Shown here: one piece after another, positions 10,691 to 19,633 of the stretch
How positions within the stretch are numbered: the stretch's first letter is position 1
Layout: each line of letters starts with the position of its first letter
NCBI GenBank assembly: GCA_016927995.1
Contig: JAFGLO010000004.1
Coordinates: forward strand, 64,955 to 128,954
Direction: 5' to 3'
Length of the DNA stretch: 64,000 bases
Source: Candidatus Dojkabacteria bacterium
GTDB lineage: Bacteria; Patescibacteriota; Dojkabacteria; JAFGLO01
Notes under the pieces: generated by a model
What the model was told of the DNA's origin: nothing
The model's input: the letters and a program-made list of their open reading frames with translations, nothing else
Database searches by the model: none
Made by a program: the position numbers and the translations under genes

Positions 10691-10714
10691 TGTTTAAATT
10701 GTTAGGTTTTTGTT

Positions 10715-12646
10715 ATGTTAACATCCGATCAAATCAGACAAAAATGGATATCTTACTGGACTTCTGCTCCACGTAAGCACAAGGAAATTCCGGCAGTTTC
10801 ACTTGTACCCGAAAACAATCCCACACTATTGTTTGTGAATTCCGGAATGTTTCCGTTAACGGAGTATTTGGCAGGTAAAAAACATCCGCTTGGAACAAGA
10901 CTTTGTAATATTCAACGGTCATTGCGTACGTCCTATGATGATTGGATGGAAATTGGTGATAATAGGCATACTCTTATGTTTGAAATGGTTGGAAATTGGT
11001 CACTTAACGACTATTTTAAGAAGGAGCAAATTCCGTGGATTATGGACTTTTTAGTAGATGAATTAGGGATTGACCCCAGTAGGTTATATGTTTCCGTTTG
11101 GGGTGGTGACGACTTGGTTCCAAGAGACGACGAGGCTGTTACCTTGTGGAAAAATGTATTTAAAAAGCATTGTATTACTGCAGAATTTTGTGAAAACAAA
11201 TCAAACTTACCTAAAGATCTTGTTGCCGGAAAAACACATACTGCTCGTATTTTTCCATATGATCGTAAAAAAAACTGGTGGCAGCGAGGGGAAGCTTCCG
11301 GTGAACTAGGTGGATCTACTTCCGAAATTTTTTATGACATGGGCAAGATAGAACGGGAGCAAGACGAATACCATATTAATGATGACTCCGGCAGGTTTGT
11401 GGAGATTGGGAACAGTGTTTTTATGGAATATAGGCTTGATGATGCCATGAATTGGACCCCATTGGGTAAGCAAAATGTTGACTTTGGAGGCGGACTTGAG
11501 CGAATTTGCATGGTTGTACAAGGAAAGAAAGATATTTTTGAAACCGACATATTCAGGCCGATTATTGAAAAGTTGGAAGAGGTTAGTGGCAAAAAATACA
11601 AGGACAACGAAGAGGAAAACGCTAATACACGATATTTCAGAATTCTTGCTGATCATGGAAGGGCTTCTGTTTTCTTGATTGCCGACGGAGTTTTACCTTC
11701 AAACAAGGACCAGGGTTATATTCTTAGGCGGTTTATTAGAAGACTTGTGGTTGTTGGGAAAAAATTAGGAATCGATAAAGAGTTTGCAGGCAAAGTTGCC
11801 GAAGCGGTCATTGACAGAATGAAAACTCCTTATCCTTTTTTAGAGTCACAGCGTGGTCATATTTTAGACGTAATTCGTGAGGAAGAGGGTAAGTTTAGAA
11901 GGACGATTGATAAGGCTGTAAAACAGTTGACAAGTTGGGCAAAAGAGATAAAAGGTGTGGATAATATAACTGGTGAGAAATTGTTTTATTTTAAGGAGAC
12001 GTATGGTTTGCCGGTTGAACTTATAATAGAGGAAGTTGGTAACCACATGAAATTTCGTGGGGTTATCTTTATGGATTCCGATGTTAAGAAGCTACTTTCG
12101 GAATTTAAAGCTGCAGAATTGGCTCATCGTGAAAAGTCACGCATTGGTGCTTCTCAAAAGTTTAAAGGTGGGCTTGCAGACGCATCCGAAATAACCACGA
12201 TGTATCATACAACTACCCATATTCTTTTAAAGGCATTGCAAGTAGTCCTGGGTGATCATGTGCACCAAAAGGGTAGTAACATTACGGCAGAGCGGTTGCG
12301 GTTTGATTTTAGTCACCCTGAAGCATTAACCGATGATCAGGTTACAAGGGTAGAGGAACTTGTAAATAAAGCAATTTCGGGCAATCTAAAAATGACTAAG
12401 GAAGAGATGTCTTTAACCGATGCTCGTGAAGTAGGTGCCGAAGGTGTGTTTGATGATAGGTACGGTGAAAAGGTGTCAGTTTACACACTTCTAGACGAAA
12501 CAACGGGGGAAGTTTTTTCCAAAGAAATTTGCGGCGGTCCTCATGTAGAAAATACTAACGAAATTGCAAAGCAAGGTAAGTTCAGGATTTTAAAGCAGGA
12601 AAATATTGGCGCTGGTAGTAGGAGAATTAAAGCGGTAGTTAATTAA
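10715..12646 (+). CDS. alaS: Alanine--tRNA ligase (short form lacking C-Ala domain)
   Basis: PTLLFVNSGM, HTLMFEMVGNWS, DFGGGLER, GYILRRFIRR, editing HTTTH and EICGGPH. Confidence 0.96.
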   Translation: MLTSDQIRQKWISYWTSAPRKHKEIPAVSLVPENNPTLLFVNSGMFPLTEYLAGKKHPLGTRLCNIQRSLRTSYDDWMEIGDNRHTLMFEMVGNWSLNDYFKKEQIPWIMDFLVDELGIDPSRLYVSVWGGDDLVPRDDEAVTLWKNVFKKHCITAEFCENKSNLPKDLVAGKTHTARIFPYDRKKNWWQRGEASGELGGSTSEIFYDMGKIEREQDEYHINDDSGRFVEIGNSVFMEYRLDDAMNWTPLGKQNVDFGGGLERICMVVQGKKDIFETDIFRPIIEKLEEVSGKKYKDNEEENANTRYFRILADHGRASVFLIADGVLPSNKDQGYILRRFIRRLVVVGKKLGIDKEFAGKVAEAVIDRMKTPYPFLESQRGHILDVIREEEGKFRRTIDKAVKQLTSWAKEIKGVDNITGEKLFYFKETYGLPVELIIEEVGNHMKFRGVIFMDSDVKKLLSEFKAAELAHREKSRIGASQKFKGGLADASEITTMYHTTTHILLKALQVVLGDHVHQKGSNITAERLRFDFSHPEALTDDQVTRVEELVNKAISGNLKMTKEEMSLTDAREVGAEGVFDDRYGEKVSVYTLLDETTGEVFSKEICGGPHVENTNEIAKQGKFRILKQENIGAGSRRIKAVVN

Positions 12647-14579
12647 CAGTTTCCTCATGGTATACGACATGAATTTTTCCATTCACTACCATTACGTAGT
12701 AAATCTTAAGGTTAGTTCTATCTGGTAATTCAGGTAGACTTTCAGCACTGAACGTCGCTATATAGCTGCTGCCGTCATATTGGAACTTGGGTATAAAATA
12801 CTTATCGTTAATTAGTACTCCAAGGAATTTACAGCTTGAATCTGTTACTGAACAGGTTGCAGGGACCGATAGTTTATAATGTCCATCTTCTGTATATCTC
12901 AAGAATAGATTAGGCATATCTTTATAGTCATCAGTGACTGCGATAGGTTTATCATAATCCCCAAATTGTCCAGACCCTGGAGTCCAACCTTCATTGAATG
13001 TATCAGGTATTGGAACAGGAGTTTGGGTCGGGATAGGTGTATTTGTTGGGATAGGTGTCTTTGTTGGGGTAGGTGTAGGCGTAGGAACAGGTTGGGGTGG
13101 TATTATGTTTATTTCCTGGGGTCTTACTTTTCCTGGTGCGATTCCATTTTGAGTTTGGGCATTCCAAGTAGCAAGTGGTATTCCCCACGGGGTGATCAGA
13201 ATGTAATATGCGTCTACACCTTCGCCAAGCTTAAGAATGTATGTTCGGTAGGAGTGTATGCATAATGGATCGATAGAATCTCTGGGTCGACTTGCCGTTG
13301 TGCCCTCAGGCAATATAACCAGTTTACGATCAATCGGAAATTTTCCGTTGTTTTTTTCTGCTGGTACTTCAATTGTATGTGATGCATCATAATCAAATAC
13401 GATCTGTCTATCATTGTCTACAGCTACGGAGCTAGGCATATAAAAAGTTATTTGAACATTGCAAGGAACAGTGATATCTATATTTTCCGGGATATCTACG
13501 GATTCTTCGGAAAAAATATTAACGACCTGTGTTCTCCACCCCCAGTCGGATGTACAATCAGGGACCTTTGTTCTATTAAGAAGAACGTTGAAAGCATTTA
13601 CTAGATCAGGATTGATTGTCCATTGGTCCTGTGCTACTTTGCAATTTCCAGAAGGGGGTATAAATTCCACTAAACCATTATGTAAGGGTCTTTGTATTGC
13701 GCAAACACAATTGTGTTGTGTAAAAACAATTCTAGAGTTGTCTTGGTCGTATAAGCGTAATCGTTTATTTACTTCCCAAAGGTTTAGTTCAGAGTAGTCA
13801 ATAAAGTGTGTCCCGATATAAAATAAGTAATGCATCAACTCATGCAGGTATTGATAGAAAATAGGTTTTGGAAAGTAGTCCATTGAGAATTCTGGATACA
13901 TAGAGATTTCTGCCCAAGGTTTCCAATCCTTTGTAATAGGGAATGTTCCGTAAGTATGATTAAATTTTGAAAAGTATGTACAGATCCTTATTTTGTCAGG
14001 GTTATCTGTTTGATGCATAAATTCTTCAGTACAGATAACTATATCGGTTAACTGAATAGGCTGGATTGATCTTATTGGTACTCCGGATCTTTCAAGAATA
14101 TTCATCATTTCCTGTTGTTGGAAAAGCAAAAAATTGATAAGTGTGTTTTGAGGATTTTCTGAATCTTGAAATTGACTTGTATATTCTCCTAATACCGAAT
14201 AAGGATCGCTTTGCCAGGTATCCCAAGCTTCTTTGGAGACATATAGCATATAATTTCTGAATGAATTGTCAGAATCTCTGTTTTTGAGTGGATCAGATAA
14301 AATGGAATTCAGTTCTTCTTCGCTTGAAACCGGATGGTCAAGACAATGAATTTTAAGCTCCTGAGAAGCTTCAGCTAAGGACTCGGAAGTAATGGATATC
14401 TGTTCTGAAGGTACTGGAGTAGCAATAGGTGTACTTGTTGGAGATGTCGGAGGTGTGGTAGGTGTAGTCGGTTGCTCATCTGGTGGAATAATTTGCGGTG
14501 TTATTTTACAAGCACTCAGCAAAGGTAATACCAATAAGCTCCCAATTCCTTTTAGTGCGTTTCTTCTTCCTTCATCCAT
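12639..14579 (-). CDS. Putative lipoprotein with twin-arginine-like signal, HExxH motif and Pro/Thr linkers
   Basis: Probable start MDEGRRNALKGIGSLLVLPLLSAC; YLHELMHY; PTPTPT linkers. Confidence 0.65.
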   Translation of the reverse strand: MDEGRRNALKGIGSLLVLPLLSACKITPQIIPPDEQPTTPTTPPTSPTSTPIATPVPSEQISITSESLAEASQELKIHCLDHPVSSEEELNSILSDPLKNRDSDNSFRNYMLYVSKEAWDTWQSDPYSVLGEYTSQFQDSENPQNTLINFLLFQQQEMMNILERSGVPIRSIQPIQLTDIVICTEEFMHQTDNPDKIRICTYFSKFNHTYGTFPITKDWKPWAEISMYPEFSMDYFPKPIFYQYLHELMHYLFYIGTHFIDYSELNLWEVNKRLRLYDQDNSRIVFTQHNCVCAIQRPLHNGLVEFIPPSGNCKVAQDQWTINPDLVNAFNVLLNRTKVPDCTSDWGWRTQVVNIFSEESVDIPENIDITVPCNVQITFYMPSSVAVDNDRQIVFDYDASHTIEVPAEKNNGKFPIDRKLVILPEGTTASRPRDSIDPLCIHSYRTYILKLGEGVDAYYILITPWGIPLATWNAQTQNGIAPGKVRPQEINIIPPQPVPTPTPTPTKTPIPTNTPIPTQTPVPIPDTFNEGWTPGSGQFGDYDKPIAVTDDYKDMPNLFLRYTEDGHYKLSVPATCSVTDSSCKFLGVLINDKYFIPKFQYDGSSYIATFSAESLPELPDRTNLKIYYVMVVNGKIHVVYHEETVN

Positions 14580-14670
14580 GGTTACATTTACATATTTTGT
14601 TAGCACCGAACGTATATTATAACGTATTTGTGTCATAGAAAACAGCTTAAAGCCGTGGTAGAATAAATAC

Positions 14671-15558
14671 ATGAGCACAAAAGGTCAATTGGTACAAACC
14701 TTCACAGAAGATGACTTACAGTTAAGTGCATTTTTTGTGGAAGGGGATAAAACTAAACCTGCAATTATTCATGTTCACGGGTTTGAGGGCGATTTCTTTT
14801 CAAATAAATTTGTACATGCGATTGGTGACACGGTTTCCTCAGATGGCAATGCTTATCTAACATGCCAAACTCGAGGCATGGGTATGGCTACAGAGTTTCA
14901 TACAGCAACTCCCGAAGTTGGTCGAAATATTGGTGGTGATTACGAGCGCTTAGAAGAGGCTCACTACGATATTAGTGCATGGATTAAGTTTCTTTTAGAG
15001 CTTGGCTACAAATCAGTTATTTTACAAGGGCATTCTTTAGGAACTATAAAGATTGTAAGATATATGTCAGAAGGAAAATATGCAGATAGAGTAAAAGCAC
15101 TGATTTTGCTTTGTCCTTTTGATAAAACTGCTGGGTCAGATATCTATACTAAAGGTAAGTTGAAAGAATATGTAGAAACGACAAGGAAAAAGGTTAGAGA
15201 AGGTAAGGGCAGAGACATTATTCCTTCGGAGTACGACCCATCTGATTCTTCTTATCAAACGTTTCTTTCCTGGTATGATGATACAAATCTTGGCAGAATG
15301 TTTGACTTTTATAATAAAGAGTACGAGTTTCCTGTGCTAAAGGCATTGAACCTCCCTGTACATGTAATTGTTGGGTCTAAAGATGAGTACTTTGCACCAG
15401 GGCAAGAAGGCAAGTTTTCAGAAGTTCTTAAATTTATGCTTTCAAAACTTAAAAATGGAACTGGCAAACTAATTGAAGGTGCAACGCACGGTTTTGGCGG
15501 GTACGAGGATATGGCTGCTAAAAGTGTTATAGAATTTGTGGGTTCAGTTGACAACTAA
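14671..15558 (+). CDS. Alpha/beta hydrolase
   Basis: HVHG oxyanion region, GHSLG nucleophile elbow, GSKDE, GATHGF. Confidence 0.9.
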   Translation: MSTKGQLVQTFTEDDLQLSAFFVEGDKTKPAIIHVHGFEGDFFSNKFVHAIGDTVSSDGNAYLTCQTRGMGMATEFHTATPEVGRNIGGDYERLEEAHYDISAWIKFLLELGYKSVILQGHSLGTIKIVRYMSEGKYADRVKALILLCPFDKTAGSDIYTKGKLKEYVETTRKKVREGKGRDIIPSEYDPSDSSYQTFLSWYDDTNLGRMFDFYNKEYEFPVLKALNLPVHVIVGSKDEYFAPGQEGKFSEVLKFMLSKLKNGTGKLIEGATHGFGGYEDMAAKSVIEFVGSVDN

Positions 15559-15965
15559 TTGTCGCTATAGTACGAAGTGAGGTCAGGTCTACGAGGTTAG
15601 CTAGACTATTCGACAAGAATATCTTTATCCAAATCCCAAACTTCATGTATTTTTACCAGTACCGCAACAACTGGAGCCGGAGGAGAACTTCTTTTTATCA
15701 TATTATATTTTCTGATTCGATGAGTGTGAGAAACGTCGCGGCACAGTTCAGTGATAGGCGACATTTTCTGTTCTCGCCTTAGGTTTAAAACCAGAGTATA
15801 AAATCAATTCCTTCTAAACATAATGATCTATCGCTGGTCGTAGAATTCTGTTCTCTTTTGTGATAACTCAGAGGTTACAGAACTTGAACCTTCCCGAAGC
15901 CTTATACTATAGTACAATGGGTGGTGTATAATTGTTGTTTCTGTATTATTACATTTATTTATTCA

Positions 15966-17450
15966 ATGGTAGACAGTTTAAATCGAGCTACAGCTGAAAC
16001 AGGAAATGGCACTACACCCTACCTGCCGGAGGAAGAAGACAGACCTACCCAAGGAGACGGTCGCTTATCGAGAAGACAGTTTGGTATGTGGCTACTTAGA
16101 GCCCTGGTCGGTGTGACGGTTTCTGCTTGTAGCCGTACTTCCCAAGTGTTTGTTGAGCAGCAGCCTGTCCAGAAAAGTGCTGGCACAACAGCAACACCGA
16201 TCTCTGAGGTATCCCCAACTTCAATGAGCACAGTAGATGTAGCAAAGGCGCCGGCACCTCGTGCGCATATTGATGAGGAAACCGGACGCGTTATTTTGCA
16301 TGAAGAAGTTTTTCAAGCTATAGAAGCCATGTCTGAGTCTGAGCTTATTGGCGCAATTCGTAATATCAATGAAGTATATGAAACCGATCCGCGTTTTGCT
16401 GGTTTGGGTGTTTTGGATGGGCAGAATAAATCAAGGACTGAAACCGATCCAATGCATTACAAAGAACTTGGCATACCGGTAGGATTACTGGCATTACAGG
16501 CATGTTTTGGTACCAGGCTTGCAGAGGTTCATTACAAGGATATTGTCGGCGTAAGAGCTAGAAGCTTTGTAAGAGATATAGATCTTTTTGCATCAAATTA
16601 TGATCTGGCGATCACGGCAAACAGGATTGTGAGATACTCCCCTCTTGTTTATGATATGTTGGATCATAAGAATATGACACTTGGAGGAATTACGTATTTT
16701 GAAGAAGATTCGAGTGGAAGCATGAATTTCAGGCCGAGAGTATTGATTTCTCTTCAAAATATCAGTCACCTGATTGATCCTTTTCTTCGTGCTGCCCAGG
16801 TAGGTCTTGATGAAGCCGTTGAGTCATTCAAGCAGATGCCGAATTTTCTTGAAGATATGAAAGTCGTGGGAGCTGACATTTTTAGAGGCAAATATGCCGG
16901 GAAATTCATTAAAGGATTTCAAGGTTTCCGGCCAGTTCTTTGCGACACGACTGATTGCAAATATTTCACTAACGTAATTTACAGAAATGTTGATGAGTAT
17001 TTTACGTCCTGGCTGACAAGGTTTGAAATTGCTGGAGATAATGAAATTGAAGAGCTAGCGTACCAGTGCGAATGCCAGTATGATTTCGGGTCAATGGTTG
17101 TTGATTATTTAATGGATAAGGTTGGAATCACTAGAGAAGAAGTGATGGGTATATTATTTACTGGTGGAGGATCTATGGGCATGCAGGACCTTATATTCGA
17201 GAGACTTGGGATAAATCCTGGATTGTTGGATTTAAATGATTCCCGGAGGTGGGTGCTATGGGATATTATCGATGAGTCGGCAAACTCAGTCTGGGCAGCT
17301 CAAGCAGAAAAACTCCCGGATCTCGGCTCTGGTGTTGCCTTAACTGCGGATATGTTTCTTCGGGCCATGAAAGAAGCGGTTCAAGAGCAATATGATATTT
17401 TAACTCAGAGAATCGATGAACATTTGGCGGAGCTTAGTAGAATAAGTTAG
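15966..17450 (+). CDS. Hypothetical secreted/lipoprotein with twin-arginine-like signal
   Basis: LSRRQFGMWLLRALVGVTVSAC; probable ATG at 15966. Confidence 0.6.
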   Translation: MVDSLNRATAETGNGTTPYLPEEEDRPTQGDGRLSRRQFGMWLLRALVGVTVSACSRTSQVFVEQQPVQKSAGTTATPISEVSPTSMSTVDVAKAPAPRAHIDEETGRVILHEEVFQAIEAMSESELIGAIRNINEVYETDPRFAGLGVLDGQNKSRTETDPMHYKELGIPVGLLALQACFGTRLAEVHYKDIVGVRARSFVRDIDLFASNYDLAITANRIVRYSPLVYDMLDHKNMTLGGITYFEEDSSGSMNFRPRVLISLQNISHLIDPFLRAAQVGLDEAVESFKQMPNFLEDMKVVGADIFRGKYAGKFIKGFQGFRPVLCDTTDCKYFTNVIYRNVDEYFTSWLTRFEIAGDNEIEELAYQCECQYDFGSMVVDYLMDKVGITREEVMGILFTGGGSMGMQDLIFERLGINPGLLDLNDSRRWVLWDIIDESANSVWAAQAEKLPDLGSGVALTADMFLRAMKEAVQEQYDILTQRIDEHLAELSRIS

Positions 17451-17451
17451 T

Positions 17452-17544
17452 GGAAAATTAATAGATGGGGCACATCATAGCTTTGTCGGGTATGAAGACC
17501 AAGTCGCTAAAAGTGTTAAGGATTTTGTAGCATCAGTGGGTTGA
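17452..17544 (+). pseudogene. Orphan diverged 3' end of the upstream alpha/beta hydrolase gene
   Basis: Translates GKLIDGAHHSFVGYEDQVAKSVKDFVASVG* versus hydrolase GKLIEGATHGFGGYEDMAAKSVIEFVGSVDN*. Confidence 0.85.
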
Positions 17545-18090
17545 GTAATCTATTTGCTCGTGGCCGGTAATTGGTAAAGCTAACCCGGTAAGATTTGGAT
17601 TTTTACGTTTCTTTAGGTGCTTGTCTGTATATAGAGCCATGTTTTTGCCAACGTAATTTAGCTTTACTTCATGGACGGTATGTCCAAGCTTTTCCGCATA
17701 CTCGATTAGTGATTTTCTCCAGTTTATTCCGTTTGGCACCGTGCAAGTGTAAACCAATTATTAGATCGTAATTTTTTACATCTTCTGGTTCAAAGTTTCG
17801 GGTGATTCTATTAATGCAATCTCGCTCTTCCGGAAGAAGTTTCTTTCTTTTATGATTTAAGTCCCTAAATTTCCAGGGAAGTTCCTGCCAAAGCGGATCA
17901 ATTACAGTTGAGCCCAGCCGGCTTGGGTAAGAAAGTAGCTAAGAAGCCCTTTTCCGCTGCCCACATCGGCAGCTTTGCAAGGTTCATACATTTCAATTAA
18001 CCATTTGGCCCAAAGTTGAAACCTAAACTTTTTAGGGCGTCGAAGGCTAGTTGATTTCGTGGATTTGAGCTTCATCTTTCTCTGAGTCAT
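17533..18090 (-). pseudogene. Frameshifted class I SAM-dependent methyltransferase-like gene
   Basis: ADVGSGKGLLS in the first frame, continues as TVIDP...YDLIIGLHLHGA after a shift near 17912, then GINWRKSL in a third segment. Confidence 0.65.
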
Positions 18091-18168
18091 ATATCAAAGT
18101 CAAGTCAACTTGACTAGATTTTACCAGAAATAATTAGGGAATATCGTGATAAGCCGTATCCTGAAGTT

Positions 18169-18432
18169 TTGACAAGGCAAGAGATTGAATTAAAGTTAAG
18201 TCTTGTAAACAGATTGACGGACGGTCAAAGTGCTTTGCCGATTGAAAGATTGGCAAAGCGTAGACAAAAACAATATGAAAAGCAACTCGAAAAGTTTTCA
18301 AGCTATTCAGACGACCAAATATTGGAACAACATACTAAAACAGTTAACAAGGAAAGAGCTATGAGAGAGAAAATGGTAGCCAAAATCAAACGAACATGGG
18401 AAGCCGGTACGAGTGTGTCATTAGATGTCTAA
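18169..18432 (+). CDS. Hypothetical helical protein
   Basis: 87-aa ORF with TTG start, no motif. Confidence 0.4.
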   Translation: MTRQEIELKLSLVNRLTDGQSALPIERLAKRRQKQYEKQLEKFSSYSDDQILEQHTKTVNKERAMREKMVAKIKRTWEAGTSVSLDV

Positions 18433-18438
18433 ATAGAT

Positions 18439-18610
18439 AAAACACTCAAATCGGGGCGATGCCCACTTCGGGGTATCCTCCCCGCTTTGGTATTTTGACT
18501 GCACTTTGTTTGTCAAAACACTCAAATCGGGGCGATGCCCGTAAAGGGTATCACCCCCGCTATCGCATTTTGTCTGCACTTTGTTTGTCAAAACACTCAA
18601 ATCGGGGCGA
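18439..18610 (-). repeat. Tandem 75-76 bp repeats of the tRNA-Pro 3' end and trailer
   Basis: AAAACACTCAAATCGGGGCGA at 18439, 18515 and 18590; each unit has a CGGGG...CCCCG hairpin. Confidence 0.92.
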
Positions 18611-18675
18611 CACGACTTGAACGTGCGACCTCATGACCCCCAGCCATGCGTTCTAGCCAACTGAACTACGCCCCG
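18602..18675 (-). tRNA. tRNA-Pro(GGG)
   Basis: CGGGGCG acceptor stem, anticodon arm CATGG-CTGGGGG-TCATG, GTTCAAG T-loop; CCA not encoded. Confidence 0.95.
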
Positions 18676-18925
18676 ATATTATACCCGCTTCAACATAAAA
18701 GCTATCCCTAGCTATTCTACTCTTCTTTATTTTTTGCTCCAAAGATCTAGCTCCTTTCAAATCTTTACATTTCTTAAAGTACACGAGCTTCCATTCTGTG
18801 CCATTTTTCGTATATTTTGATTTTCCTCTATTGTGCTCAGATAGTCTGCGCTTTATATCATCCGTTGATCCAACGTAAATCCTATTCTTTATGTCTTTAA
18901 TTATGTATATCCCAACTTTATTCAT
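18653..18925 (-). CDS. Small stand-alone GIY-YIG nuclease (UPF0213/Slx1-like)
   Basis: GIYII...IYVGSTDDIKRRLSEHN...ARSLEQKIK; AGGTGA RBS; stop codon inside the tRNA D-arm. Confidence 0.9.
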   Translation of the reverse strand: MNKVGIYIIKDIKNRIYVGSTDDIKRRLSEHNRGKSKYTKNGTEWKLVYFKKCKDLKGARSLEQKIKKSRIARDSFYVEAGIISGRSSVG

Positions 18926-18941
18926 ATTTCACCTATTCTAT

Positions 18942-19062
18942 TCATGACCCTCTATCTGTCGATAGACAGGCCAGCCATGCGTTCTAGCAAATCTCCATTC
19001 TGATTCATCAGAATAAGGATCCTCGATTCCGAGTCACGGAATCGGGACTGAACTACGCCCCG
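18942..19062 (-). pseudogene. 5' half-copy of tRNA-Pro interrupted by hairpin insertions
   Basis: Blocks identical to the tRNA (tcatgaccc, ccagccatgcgttctagc, actgaactacgccccg) separated by 20-nt and ~58-nt inserts. Confidence 0.9.
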
Positions 19063-19190
19063 ATACTAGAATTTTACCAGAAAAGCAGCACGAAGTGCAT
19101 AGGTTAATCAAATGAGCCAAGGGTTTGAATTTACAGCGCTAACGGTATTTATAGTATTGGCGGAGAGAAGCGGAAATAAGGCGGGTTTGC

Positions 19191-19499
19191 CTACTTTTCA
19201 GGTGTTGTTATTGGCTTTTGCTTCTTTTTAGATATTGAGCCAATTACATTGACAATAATTACACCCAAGATAGCACCCAAAACTGCTCCAATTATTAATG
19301 ATCCGATTGCCGTAAAAAGTATATAGACCCAGCTTTTCACCATCATTTCGACGCCGAATTTCATTTCGGAAATTTTTGGAGGAAGCCAATATGTGAGTGC
19401 CCAATGCATAGTGAGATAAGCACCGGGGATTCCCCCAAGTATAATTCCCAAAAGATTTTTGCCTATTGCAACAAAGAGCTTTTTAAGATCAGTCTTCAA
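19191..19499 (-). CDS. Small membrane protein
   Basis: Two Gly-rich hydrophobic segments. Confidence 0.55.
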   Translation of the reverse strand: MKTDLKKLFVAIGKNLLGIILGGIPGAYLTMHWALTYWLPPKISEMKFGVEMMVKSWVYILFTAIGSLIIGAVLGAILGVIIVNVIGSISKKKQKPITTPEK

Positions 19500-19633
19500 T
19501 ATTTTTTATGTAAAGTTATATATTAATATCTTAATCTAGAACTGAAATAAAGTACACACTCAATTTTATCTAATATGATAAAGGTTCTATTTGAGTGTAT
19601 AATGCTTACGTTATCTTATCTTATTATAAAAAT

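Noticed and set aside
10715-12646. Short AlaRS lacking the C-Ala domain as a novelty
   Set aside because: Short AlaRS forms are common in reduced genomes including CPR, and the catalytic and editing motifs are intact.
15559-15920. 360-bp intergenic stretch as a possible ncRNA
   Set aside because: No convincing structure or repeat by eye; more likely a decayed gene remnant.
18114-18130. Near-identical 17-mer also at 19066-19083 as a possible target-site duplication
   Set aside because: Both copies coincide with minus-strand TGgTAAAAT -10 promoter motifs, so convergence is a sufficient explanation.
18439-18610. Possible mini CRISPR array (21-bp repeat three times)
   Set aside because: The intervening sequences resemble each other, the repeat is the tRNA 3' end, and no cas genes are present.
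18676-18941. Group I intron in tRNA-Pro with a homing endonuclease
   Set aside because: The downstream tRNA is complete rather than a 3' exon, and there is no room or visible P7 core for a ribozyme.
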